From positions 6,269-70,268 of the forward strand of contig JAZQJO010000036.1 in the NCBI GenBank assembly GCA_045541695.1: a stretch of DNA of 64,000 bases, written 5' to 3'. The notes beneath the pieces are model-generated. The model did not search any database. It worked only from the letters and a program-made list of their open reading frames with translations, and had not been told where the DNA came from. Position 1 is the stretch's first letter. Each line of letters opens with the position of its first letter. A program made the position numbers and the translations under genes. Below are positions 1 through 7,965 of this stretch, one piece after another. Source of the stretch: Faecousia sp. (GTDB lineage: Bacteria > Bacillota > Clostridia > Oscillospirales > Oscillospiraceae).

Positions 1-25
1 GCCGCTGGGGGATCTTCTTTTGCAT
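1..25 (-). CDS. ylxR: YlxR/RnpM family protein, 5' end only (runs off the window)
   Basis: Minus-strand ATG at 25 reads MQKKIPQR, has an AAGGAGG RBS and lies directly downstream of nusA, the usual position. Confidence 0.65.
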
Positions 26-49
26 AAGGACTACCTCCTTCTATTTCTC

Positions 50-168
50 GGCCCCCTCCCAGAGGGGGCTGGCAGCGAAGCTGACTGGGGGAGTGTTCTA
101 TGATTTGTGAGTACACTCCCTCCGTCACGGCTTTCGCCGTGCCACCTCCCTCTAAGAGGGAGGCAAGG
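50..168. repeat. Gene-less two-arm palindromic element (DUF559-associated family), copy 1
   Basis: A arm GGCCCCCTC-CCA-GAGGGGGC-TGGCAGC-GAA-GCTGACTG-GGGGAGTG, short spacer, then an inverted B arm ending CACCTCCCTC-TAA-GAGGGAGGCAAGG. Confidence 0.85.
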
Positions 169-176
169 TTTTTTAA

Positions 177-1283
177 TTACTCTTCGTCAGCCTGGCTTTC
201 AGGCTTGATGTCGATCTTATAGCCGGTCAGGCGTGCTGCCAGACGGGCGTTCTGACCCTCCTTGCCAATGGCAAGGCTCAGCTGGTCATCCGGCACTACA
301 ACACGGCAGGCCTTCTGACCGGGCACAGGGGTAACGGAAATCACATCCGCAGGGCTCAGTGCGGCGCGGACATACTCGCAGGGATCTTCGCTCCAGACCA
401 CGATATCGATCTTCTCGCCATGGAGCTCGGAAACAACGGCGCCTACACGGCCGCCACGGGGGCCGACGCATGCGCCAACGGGGTCTACACCCTCCAAAGT
501 GGCACGTACTGCCATCTTGCTGCGGGAGCCGGCCTCACGGGCGATGTTGCGGATCTCCACCTGTCCGTCAGCGATTTCAGGAGTTTCCAGCTCGAACAGG
601 CGGCGGATCATATTGGGATGGTTAGGGGAAACCTGGACCAACGGGCCACGGTTGGCACGGTGGACTTCCAGTACGTACACACGGATGATATCGCCCTCAC
701 GGTAGCTTTCGCCGGGGATCTGCTCGCCGGTGCGCAGCACGGCATCGGACTGCTCGCTTCCCTGACCCACACGGACAAAAATATCACCGCTGGGATCGAT
801 CTTCAGCACAGTGCCGGTGAGCAGCTCCTGGGCCTTGCTGGAATAGCTTTCATAGACCATGCCACGCTCGGCTTCCCGGATACCCTGAATGACCACCTGC
901 TTGGCGGTCTGGGCAGCGATGCGGCCAAACTTCTGAATGTCAATGGGTATGGACACATTGTCGCCCACCTTGGCATCGGGATTGATGTTGCGGGCGGCAT
1001 CGATGTGTATCTCCAGAGCGGAGTCTTCTACCTCTTCCACCACGGTCTTGACCTGATACATGGAAAGGCCCTGCTCGGTCAGGTCCACCACTACATTTTC
1101 TGCAGGTACGTCCCGGTTATCCTCCCGGTCCTTGCGGTAAGCGTTGGTCAGCGCCTGCTTCAGACGCTCTACCATATAGTCAACACTGATGCCCTTGAGC
1201 TTTTCCAGCTCACGCAAAGATGCAAAGATCTCTGCACCGATATCTACCTTGGGGGCTTCGGCTTTCTTTTTCGTTCTTGCCAT
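177..1283 (-). CDS. nusA: Transcription termination/antitermination factor NusA
   Basis: Motifs FGRIAAQTAKQV, AREAGSRSK, GACVG and LAIGKEGQNARLA. ATG at 1283 follows an AAGGAGG RBS. Confidence 0.97.
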   Translation of the reverse strand: MARTKKKAEAPKVDIGAEIFASLRELEKLKGISVDYMVERLKQALTNAYRKDREDNRDVPAENVVVDLTEQGLSMYQVKTVVEEVEDSALEIHIDAARNINPDAKVGDNVSIPIDIQKFGRIAAQTAKQVVIQGIREAERGMVYESYSSKAQELLTGTVLKIDPSGDIFVRVGQGSEQSDAVLRTGEQIPGESYREGDIIRVYVLEVHRANRGPLVQVSPNHPNMIRRLFELETPEIADGQVEIRNIAREAGSRSKMAVRATLEGVDPVGACVGPRGGRVGAVVSELHGEKIDIVVWSEDPCEYVRAALSPADVISVTPVPGQKACRVVVPDDQLSLAIGKEGQNARLAARLTGYKIDIKPESQADEE

Positions 1284-1293
1284 GATTTCCTCC

Positions 1294-1746
1294 TTAAAAT
1301 TCCACACGAAGCCGCACCAATGCGACTTCAGATTTTTCAAACGTAATGGTTTCCTTTCCTGCCTCTACGGTGACCTTGCCGTCATCATAGCCACGCAGGA
1401 TGCCGGGGATCTCTTTCAGTCCGTTTCGGGGACGGTAGAGCTTGACGGTGATGGGGCTGCCCATAAACCGCTCAAAATCCCCGGGGCGCTTCAGCGCACG
1501 TTCCAGGCCGGCGCTGCAAACCTCAAAATGATAGGATTCCGGAATCGGGTCTTTTTCATCCAGAATCGGATCCACCGCCCGGGAAATGGCCTCGCAGTCT
1601 GTGATGTCCACGCCGCCGTCTTTGTCGATATACAGCCGCAAAAACCGCTCGCTGCCCTCCCGGACATACTCCACGTCCCACAGCGTGCAGCCATGCTGCT
1701 CCACCACCGGACGGGCAAAGCTTTCAACCAGTTGGGTTACCTTCAT
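1294..1746 (-). CDS. rimP: Ribosome maturation factor RimP
   Basis: LRLYIDK..GV...DCE..SR and EVCSAGLER motifs; upstream of nusA. Confidence 0.95.
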   Translation of the reverse strand: MKVTQLVESFARPVVEQHGCTLWDVEYVREGSERFLRLYIDKDGGVDITDCEAISRAVDPILDEKDPIPESYHFEVCSAGLERALKRPGDFERFMGSPITVKLYRPRNGLKEIPGILRGYDDGKVTVEAGKETITFEKSEVALVRLRVEF

Positions 1747-1769
1747 AAGCTTTCCTTTCCATTAAGAAA

Positions 1770-1793
1770 GAGAGAGGGGTGCGCCCCTCTCTC
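1770..1793 (-). promoter_or_regulatory. rimP leader hairpin (possible attenuator)
   Basis: Perfect 10-bp stem GAGAGAGGGG-CGCA-CCCCTCTCTC followed by TTTC, between the promoter and the rimP RBS. Confidence 0.55.
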
Positions 1794-1819
1794 CTAAAAG
1801 TCAAACATCTTACATTTGG

Positions 1820-1848
1820 ATTATAGCACCTCTTTTCCCGGATTGCAA
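1820..1848 (-). promoter_or_regulatory. Sigma-A promoter of the rimP-nusA operon
   Basis: TTGCAA-17 bp-TATAAT on the minus strand with an extended -10 TG. Confidence 0.7.
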
Positions 1849-1945
1849 CCCTTTTTTCCGGATTTTCTATGGGGTTTTTCAACATTTTTCCGGTTTTGAT
1901 CCCATCCCCGGCCGTTTTTTCGGTGAAATATTCTTTTAAAAACGG

Positions 1946-1974
1946 TTGCGCACGGCAAAATGATGTTGTATAAT
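1946..1974 (+). promoter_or_regulatory. Sigma-A promoter of pta
   Basis: TTGCGC-17 bp-TATAAT. Confidence 0.6.
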
Positions 1975-2028
1975 TGTTCCATTGACAATAAATACGGGCC
2001 ATCGCCCGCAAACTGGAGGAAAACTGAC

Positions 2029-3027
2029 ATGTTTAATGCAATGATCGAAACTCTGAAGGCCAATCCCAGAAAGATCGTCTTCACCGAGGGCCACGACGCC
2101 CGCATTCTGGAAGCTACTGCACGTCTGGTGGAGGGCGGTTTCCTGACCCCCGTTCTGGTGGGCAATGTTGAGGAAGTCAAGGCCAACGCCAAAAAGGGCG
2201 GCTTTAACATTGAAGGCGTGGAGATCCTGGATCCTGCTACCTACGAGGGCATGGACGCCATGGTCGAGAAGATGGTGGAGCTGCGTAAGGGCAAGATGAG
2301 CGCCGATGAATGCAAGGCCGCTCTTTCCAAGGGCAACTACTTCGGCACCATGCTGGTGAAGATGGGCTATGCCGACGCTCTGCTGGGCGGCGCTACCTAC
2401 TCCACCGCCGACACCGTCCGTCCTGCTCTGCAGATCGTGAAGACCAAGCCCGGCAGCCATCTGGTCTCTTCCTGCTTCATCATGGTCCGTGGCGAAGAAA
2501 AGCTGGCTATGGGTGACTGTGCCATCAACCTGAGCTACGAGGACACCCTGGACAAGGAAGGCAACGTAGTCCTCTCCGCTGCCCAGAAGCTGGCTGAGGT
2601 GGCCATCGAGACCGCCAACACCGCCAAGGTCTTCGGCATCGATCCCAAGGTGGCAATGCTGAGCTTCTCCACCAACGGCTCCGGCAAGGGCGGCACTGTT
2701 AAGCTGAGCCACGATGCCACCGCAGTTGCCAAGGAAATGGCTCCGGACCTCGCCATCGACGGTGAGATGCAGTTCGACGCCGCCGTTGCTCCCGAGGTCG
2801 GTCAGCTGAAGTTCCCCGGCTCTCCCGTGGCAGGCTACGCCAACACCTTCATCTTCCCCACCATCGAAGCCGGCAACATCGGCTACAAGATCGCGCAGCG
2901 TCTGGGCGGCTACGAAGCTCTGGGCCCCATCCTGCAGGGTCTGGCTGCTCCCATCAACGACCTCAGCCGCGGCTGCAACGCCGAAGAGGTCTACAAGATG
3001 GCTATCATCACCGCCGCAATGGTGTAA
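2029..3027 (+). CDS. pta: Phosphate acetyltransferase
   Basis: IVFTEG, VAMLSFST, IDGEMQFDAA, GNIGYKIAQR and GPILQG..PINDLSRGC motifs. GGAGG RBS before ATG 2029. Confidence 0.96.
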   Translation: MFNAMIETLKANPRKIVFTEGHDARILEATARLVEGGFLTPVLVGNVEEVKANAKKGGFNIEGVEILDPATYEGMDAMVEKMVELRKGKMSADECKAALSKGNYFGTMLVKMGYADALLGGATYSTADTVRPALQIVKTKPGSHLVSSCFIMVRGEEKLAMGDCAINLSYEDTLDKEGNVVLSAAQKLAEVAIETANTAKVFGIDPKVAMLSFSTNGSGKGGTVKLSHDATAVAKEMAPDLAIDGEMQFDAAVAPEVGQLKFPGSPVAGYANTFIFPTIEAGNIGYKIAQRLGGYEALGPILQGLAAPINDLSRGCNAEEVYKMAIITAAMV

Positions 3028-3037
3028 TTTGCTACAT

Positions 3038-3069
3038 AAAAAGCCTCCCCACCCGGGGAGGCTTTTTTT
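3038..3069 (+). terminator. Intrinsic terminator after pta
   Basis: AAAAGCCTCCCC-ACCC-GGGGAGGCTTTT followed by a T run. Confidence 0.85.
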
Positions 3070-3122
3070 AATGGAGAATGGAAAGTGGAGAATGGAGAAT
3101 TAAGGTGTCGGCTTTGCCGACA
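3070..3122 (+). repeat. Heptamer tandem repeat plus hairpin element, copy 1
   Basis: AATGGAG AATGGAA AGTGGAG AATGGAG AATT-AAGG, then TGTCGGC-TTT-GCCGACA. Confidence 0.75.
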
Positions 3123-3131
3123 GTTGAAACC

Positions 3132-3155
3132 GTAGGGGCGATTCACGAATCGCCC
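3132..3155 (+). repeat. GTAG-type REP palindrome
   Basis: GTAG-GGGCGATTC-AC-GAATCGCCC; identical copies on the minus strand at 3922-3945 and 6281-6304. Confidence 0.85.
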
Positions 3156-3178
3156 ACTTCCGCACCACTGAAATAGCA

Positions 3179-3216
3179 TGTCATTCCGAGATCCCGGAGG
3201 GGTCGTGGGAATCTCC
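3179..3216 (+). repeat. GTCATT...GAATCT-type palindromic repeat (single copy here)
   Basis: TGTCATTCCGAG-ATCCC-GGAG-GGGTC-GTGGGAATCTCC nested hairpin. Family assignment is from recall only. Confidence 0.45.
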
Positions 3217-3264
3217 CGGCACAATGTTGCAACACCGTGAAATGGTGGGTGAGCGCAACACCTT

Positions 3265-3516
3265 TCAAAGCTCATCCAATTCCGGGTATAGCTTGTCAAT
3301 CCCCGGCCACCGCTCCTTTAGCAGCCGCCAAGCACCCCGGGCACGCTGTCGCACGTCAGGCTGTACAGCTTCGCCCCGTTCCTTTATCACAATAAGTGTT
3401 AACAGAATAGCTTCATTATCGCTCTCGCCTGTTTTATCTCCATTTCCGTAATCCAGGATCATATCCAAAATCTCTATGGGTCGCCGCCGCAAATAATCCA
3501 GCAGGGAATGGCTCAT
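3265..3516 (-). CDS. Hypothetical protein (83 aa)
   Basis: ORF with a GAGGGAG RBS, divergent from an XRE gene; no recognised domain. Confidence 0.6.
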   Translation of the reverse strand: MSHSLLDYLRRRPIEILDMILDYGNGDKTGESDNEAILLTLIVIKERGEAVQPDVRQRARGAWRLLKERWPGIDKLYPELDEL

Positions 3517-3607
3517 CTGCTCCCTCTTTTCTTCGTATGGGGATTATATCCCCTTAATAATTAGGATTATAACCCCCATAATAAATTTGTCAAGTGGGGG
3601 TGTTGAT

Positions 3608-3817
3608 ATGATTCGTTTTGACAAGCTTTGGGAAACCATGGCTCAAAAAGGGGTCACCACATATCAGCTGCGGGAAAACTGCGGTATCGACAGCAAAACC
3701 GTCCGCCGGCTGAAAGCCAACGAAAATATGGAAACGAAGACGCTGAACAAACTTTGCGCCTTTCTGGATTGCCGTCTAGAAGACATTGCCCAATACGTCC
3801 CCGATGAAACGAAATGA
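3608..3817 (+). CDS. Small Cro/C1 (XRE, HTH_26-like) transcriptional regulator
   Basis: MIRFDKLWETM..GVTTYQL...TLNKLCAFLDCRLEDI pattern. Confidence 0.9.
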   Translation: MIRFDKLWETMAQKGVTTYQLRENCGIDSKTVRRLKANENMETKTLNKLCAFLDCRLEDIAQYVPDETK

Positions 3818-3880
3818 ACGTAAAAAACCCGCCCGGTTGGGCGGCGTTTTTCGTTGAATGCAGAAAAGATATTCTGTTTT

Positions 3881-3945
3881 GTAGGGGCGAATCATGATTC
3901 GCCCGAAGGCCCTCTCAAAACGGGCGATTCGTGAATCGCCCCTAC
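3881..3945. repeat. REPIN-like inverted pair of GTAG REPs
   Basis: GTAGGGGCGAATCATGATTCGCCCG, spacer, CGGGCGATTCGTGAATCGCCCCTAC. Confidence 0.85.
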
Positions 3946-4002
3946 GCAGCATAAAATGATTGCAAAGCAAAAAAGGAGAGGCAGTTGCCTCTCCTTTTAT
4001 AT

Positions 4003-5232
4003 TTAATTCTCGCTGGGTTTATTGTTCTGATTGGGGCGGCGGTGGCGGTGACGATTGCGATGATGAGGCGCTTTCTTCTGCTCGCCCCGGGGCTGCGCCG
4101 GAGCGGCGTCCTGCGCCTGTGACTGCTCTGCACCGGCAGTCTTGCCCTGTCCTCTGCCGCCACGGTGACGGCGGTGATTTCTGCGTCTTTCGCTCCGGGG
4201 AGCGGCCTCCTCCGGCGCCTCTTCCGCTGCTTCTTCCGGCGCTTCGGGCTGGGTTTCCTCCTCCACTACCGCTTCTTCGCTGTAACGGAAGCGAATGGTC
4301 TCCAGACTCTCCTCCGGCGCTTCCTCTTGCTTCGCCACACGCTTCACGCCGGAGATGGGCGCAAGGTCAGCCGGGATGGGCGGGTCGTTCTTCTTGGCCT
4401 TGCCGCTGCGCAGCACGGCGATCTCCAGATTGGAGACGGTGATGATCTCCTCCGGATTGTTCTCCAGCCGCACCTTTACCCGCTGGCGCAGCACATCCAC
4501 TTCCACCACCGTACCTCTTCCCTCGGGCGTATCCACAAAAGACTCCGCCTTGGGGCTGGTGCGCAGCAGATCCTCATAGGCATCCTGCTCGTATTTCAGG
4601 CAGCACATCAGCCGTCCGCAGGTGCCGGAGATCTTGGTGGGATTCAGGCTCAGATTCTGGGTCTTTGCCATTTTGATGGACACCGGCTGAAAATCGTCCA
4701 AAAAGCTTGCGCAGCAAAACGGTCTGCCGCAAATGCCCAGGCCGCCCACCATCTTCGCCTTATCCCGGACGCCGATCTGCCGCAGCTCGATACGGGTGTG
4801 GAACACGGATGCCAGATTCTTCACCAGCTCCCGGAAATCCACCCGCTCGTCGGCGGTGAAGAAAAACAGGATCTTGCTGCCGTCGAAGGCATACTCTGCG
4901 CTCACCAGCTGCATATCCAGCTGATGCTCCAAAATCTTCTGCTGGCAGATCTCAAAAGCCTGCTTTTCCTTTTTCAGATTCTCCGCTGCCACAGCTTCAT
5001 CCCGCTCCGTAGCGATACGGATTACGCTGCGCAGGGGCGTTACGATGTCCTTTTCGGGGATGGCATGGTTGCCGCCAACGCAGTAGCCGTACTCCGGGCC
5101 ACGGGCGGTATCCATGATCACATGGTCACCGGCTTTCAGGGTCAGACCGGCGGGGTCGAAGTAATAGACCTTCTGGCCGGGACGGAACTGAATATCCGCC
5201 ACCTGTACGGTCTTCATATTTTCTTGCTCCAT
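4003..5232 (-). CDS. yaaT: PSP1-domain protein RicT/YaaT with a long low-complexity C-terminal tail
   Basis: RVDFRELVK, RIELRQIGVRD, GICGRPFCC and KISGTCGRLMCCLKYE motifs; downstream of holB. Confidence 0.92.
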   Translation of the reverse strand: MEQENMKTVQVADIQFRPGQKVYYFDPAGLTLKAGDHVIMDTARGPEYGYCVGGNHAIPEKDIVTPLRSVIRIATERDEAVAAENLKKEKQAFEICQQKILEHQLDMQLVSAEYAFDGSKILFFFTADERVDFRELVKNLASVFHTRIELRQIGVRDKAKMVGGLGICGRPFCCASFLDDFQPVSIKMAKTQNLSLNPTKISGTCGRLMCCLKYEQDAYEDLLRTSPKAESFVDTPEGRGTVVEVDVLRQRVKVRLENNPEEIITVSNLEIAVLRSGKAKKNDPPIPADLAPISGVKRVAKQEEAPEESLETIRFRYSEEAVVEEETQPEAPEEAAEEAPEEAAPRSERRRNHRRHRGGRGQGKTAGAEQSQAQDAAPAQPRGEQKKAPHHRNRHRHRRPNQNNKPSEN

Positions 5233-5275
5233 AGTTGCTCCTTTATCTCTAAACACATTTGTGTGGTTATCTCTT

Positions 5276-6223
5276 TTATCTCAGCTGCCAGACAAGCCAG
5301 CCGCAAATTGCGCCGCAGGAAACATTGCGCTGGGCATACTCCGTCGCCTTGCGCACCGCTTCCAGAGCTGCCATCAGCTCCCGGGCGCTGCGGCCGTCTG
5401 ACAGCTTGCGCATCAGCGGACTGACGGCGGTCACGCCGGATTTGCAGGCAAGGGCGCCGCCCAGAAACTGCTGCCATTGCTCCATGGCCGCAATGAATTG
5501 CTCCCGCTTCCATTTTTCCATGGATACCAGCAGCTTTGTCAGCTCCAGGGAGTCCCGGGCAAGGAAGCTTTGCACAAAGGCTTCCGTCTGGGGAAGCACA
5601 GCGCCGCCCTCACTGAGAAGCTTGCGTGCCTGCCCCAAAAAGCCACCGCTGCGCTGCATGGCAGCGTCCAGCGTCTGGTCATCGGCCTCGGGAAATTCCT
5701 TTTCCAATGTCTGCTGCAGAAGCGGCTGCGGCAAAGGCTTCAGCTCCAGCTCCACGCACCGGGAGCGAACTGTGGGCAGCAGCTTTTCCGGATTGTCCGT
5801 CAGCAGCATAAACACACCGTAGGCCGGGGGCTCTTCCAGAATCTTCAGCAGGGCGTTTTGGCCCTCGATGCCCAGCTCCTGCGGAAACAGATAGATCTTA
5901 TGCTCCGATTCATTTGGCCGGATGAACACATCGTCACGAAACTGGCGGACGATCTTCACCGCCACGTTTTTATGCTCCGGATCCTCCACGGTGATAAAGT
6001 CCGGGTGGCAATTTTCCATGACCTTTCGGCAAGGCTCGCAGCGCAGGCAGGGTTTATGATGCCCACGGCACAGCACCGCCGCAGCCAGCAGCCGGGCAAG
6101 GGTATGCTTTCCCGAGCCGGCCGGACCGGAGATCAGATAAAAATGGGAGATCCGGTCTTTTGCCAGGGCCGCTGTTAAATTTTCCTTGAGCCGTTCGTTG
6201 CCCAAAAGCATTTCGAAGCCCAT
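5276..6223 (-). CDS. holB: DNA polymerase III delta' subunit
   Basis: GPAGSGK P-loop, CxxCxxC zinc motif, HPDF, QNALLKILEEPP and LPTVRSRC. Confidence 0.9.
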   Translation of the reverse strand: MGFEMLLGNERLKENLTAALAKDRISHFYLISGPAGSGKHTLARLLAAAVLCRGHHKPCLRCEPCRKVMENCHPDFITVEDPEHKNVAVKIVRQFRDDVFIRPNESEHKIYLFPQELGIEGQNALLKILEEPPAYGVFMLLTDNPEKLLPTVRSRCVELELKPLPQPLLQQTLEKEFPEADDQTLDAAMQRSGGFLGQARKLLSEGGAVLPQTEAFVQSFLARDSLELTKLLVSMEKWKREQFIAAMEQWQQFLGGALACKSGVTAVSPLMRKLSDGRSARELMAALEAVRKATEYAQRNVSCGAICGWLVWQLR

Positions 6224-6254
6224 ACCGATCTCCTTTCGTTGTTAGTTACACATT

Positions 6255-6304
6255 GTAGGGGCGCACCAAAAGCATCGCGCGGGCGATTCGTGAATCGCCC
6301 CTAC
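6255..6304. repeat. Degenerate REPIN (truncated plus complete GTAG REP)
   Basis: GTAGGGGCG... followed by CGGGCGATTCGTGAATCGCCCCTAC. Confidence 0.8.
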
Positions 6305-6318
6305 ATTTTGCATTTTTA

Positions 6319-7932
6319 TTAGCCCCACAGGGCAGACAGCATGGGAATGACCTGCTTTTTCCGGCTCATGACACCGGGCAGGAACACCGTGCTGTGCTTG
6401 GGGGTCACGCCAAAGGCCTGGGAAATGGCTTCGTCGTCGCCCAGGTAGATGATCTGGGTGCCCTCCATCAGCACGTCGGTGAGCATCAGCATCACCAGAT
6501 CGAAGCCCTTTTGGGTGGCTGCGTCCTGCATCAGCTTCAGGAACTCGTCCTTACGCTCCAGCAGCTTCGGGCTGTCCACGCAGGTGATCTGGGAAACCGC
6601 CAGATCGTGGCCGGCGATGTGGAACTCCTTATAGTCGGAATAGAACTGCTCCTCGGCGCTCTTGTTGCCGGCGGAAGCGGAGAAGATCTCCTTGCCCAGC
6701 TCGTCCAGGGAAACGTTGGCGATCCGGGCCATGCGCTCGGCGGTGCGCTTATCCTGCTCAGTGCAGGTGGGAGATTTGAACATAACGGTGTCGGACAGAA
6801 TTGCCGACGCCATCATGCCCGCCATCTTTTCAGAGGGCATCAGGCCTCTGTCCTGGAACATGCTGGCGATGATGGTATTGGTAGAGCCCACCGGCTCATT
6901 GCGGACGTAAATGGGGTTGGTGGTCTGAATATCTGCCAGACGGTGATGGTCGATGATCTCCAGAATATCCGCTTCCTCCAGACCGGGCACAGACTGGGCG
7001 ATCTCGTTGTGGTCCACCAGCACCACCCGTTTTCTTCTGGGACGCAGCAAGTGGTAGCGGCTCAAAACGCCCACGACCTTTTCCTCTTCATCCAGCACAG
7101 GATAGCTGGAGAAGCGGTGCTTCAGCATCAGCTCCCGCACATCGTCCACCCGATCCTCCAAATGGAAGGATACCAGCACCTGATTGTCACAGATCCGGCC
7201 GATCGGCGTGGATTGGAACAGCAGATGCACAGCCCGATAGGCATCATAAGGCGTTGCGATCACGCAGGTTTTGGTGGGAATATCCCGCAACTGGACCGGC
7301 AGCTCCGCCTGGCAAAGCACCAGGCAGTTGACGTTCATTTCCAGCGCCCGGCGGATCATTTCCGGCTGGTCGCCGCACAAAACCACCGTTTCCGGATCGT
7401 TGAACAGCAGATTTTCCCGGCTTTGGGGCAGCGCAATGGTCACATGGCCGGAGATCTCGTCGATCTGCTCGCCGGCATCGTTGACCACCTTACCCTCCAG
7501 CACAGACAAAACATTAAACAGCGGCACTGCGGTGAGCCGTCCGCCGGAGACCATGTTCATATTATAATTGGCAACATCGGTACGGGAAAGCATACCGAAA
7601 AGTGTACCGTCGTCATTGGCAATGGGAATGGCGTTTAGGCCGCTGTGCTTGCTCAGCTCCTCCCATGCACGGCCCATGGTAACTGCGGTTGAAAATACCG
7701 TAGGCTTATCAAAGTCCAGATCACGAACCTGGGTGTGCATGCTATGGATCCGCTTGGGAGGCTGGAAGCCGAAGCGGTTCAAAACGATTTGGGTCTCGTC
7801 GGAAACTCTGCCCAGACAGGCAGCCTCATAATTCCGGTCGCCCAGTGCGTTGCGCAAAGCGGCGTAGGCCATGGCCGCAACGATGGAGTCGGTGTCCGGA
7901 TTGCGGTGACCGGTGACATAAATGGTTTCCAT
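6319..7932 (-). CDS. ppaC: Family II Mn-dependent inorganic pyrophosphatase with CBS-DRTGG insert
   Basis: GHRNPDTDS, LVDHNE, IIDHHR and GVMSRKKQ motifs with a central CBS/DRTGG-sized insertion. Confidence 0.92.
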   Translation of the reverse strand: METIYVTGHRNPDTDSIVAAMAYAALRNALGDRNYEAACLGRVSDETQIVLNRFGFQPPKRIHSMHTQVRDLDFDKPTVFSTAVTMGRAWEELSKHSGLNAIPIANDDGTLFGMLSRTDVANYNMNMVSGGRLTAVPLFNVLSVLEGKVVNDAGEQIDEISGHVTIALPQSRENLLFNDPETVVLCGDQPEMIRRALEMNVNCLVLCQAELPVQLRDIPTKTCVIATPYDAYRAVHLLFQSTPIGRICDNQVLVSFHLEDRVDDVRELMLKHRFSSYPVLDEEEKVVGVLSRYHLLRPRRKRVVLVDHNEIAQSVPGLEEADILEIIDHHRLADIQTTNPIYVRNEPVGSTNTIIASMFQDRGLMPSEKMAGMMASAILSDTVMFKSPTCTEQDKRTAERMARIANVSLDELGKEIFSASAGNKSAEEQFYSDYKEFHIAGHDLAVSQITCVDSPKLLERKDEFLKLMQDAATQKGFDLVMLMLTDVLMEGTQIIYLGDDEAISQAFGVTPKHSTVFLPGVMSRKKQVIPMLSALWG

Positions 7933-7965
7933 GGATTGACCTCCTTTTATGGGGTTTTTGCGGAT

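Noticed and set aside
615-632. NusA reads SPNHP where SRTHP is typical; Asd has Arg at 41793-41795 where I would expect a non-charged residue
   Set aside because: These isolated substitutions could be sequencing or consensus errors or lineage variants. They cannot be judged without reads or an alignment.
3070-3216. Repeat cluster as a possible CRISPR array
   Set aside because: There are no regularly spaced identical repeats with unique spacers and no cas genes.
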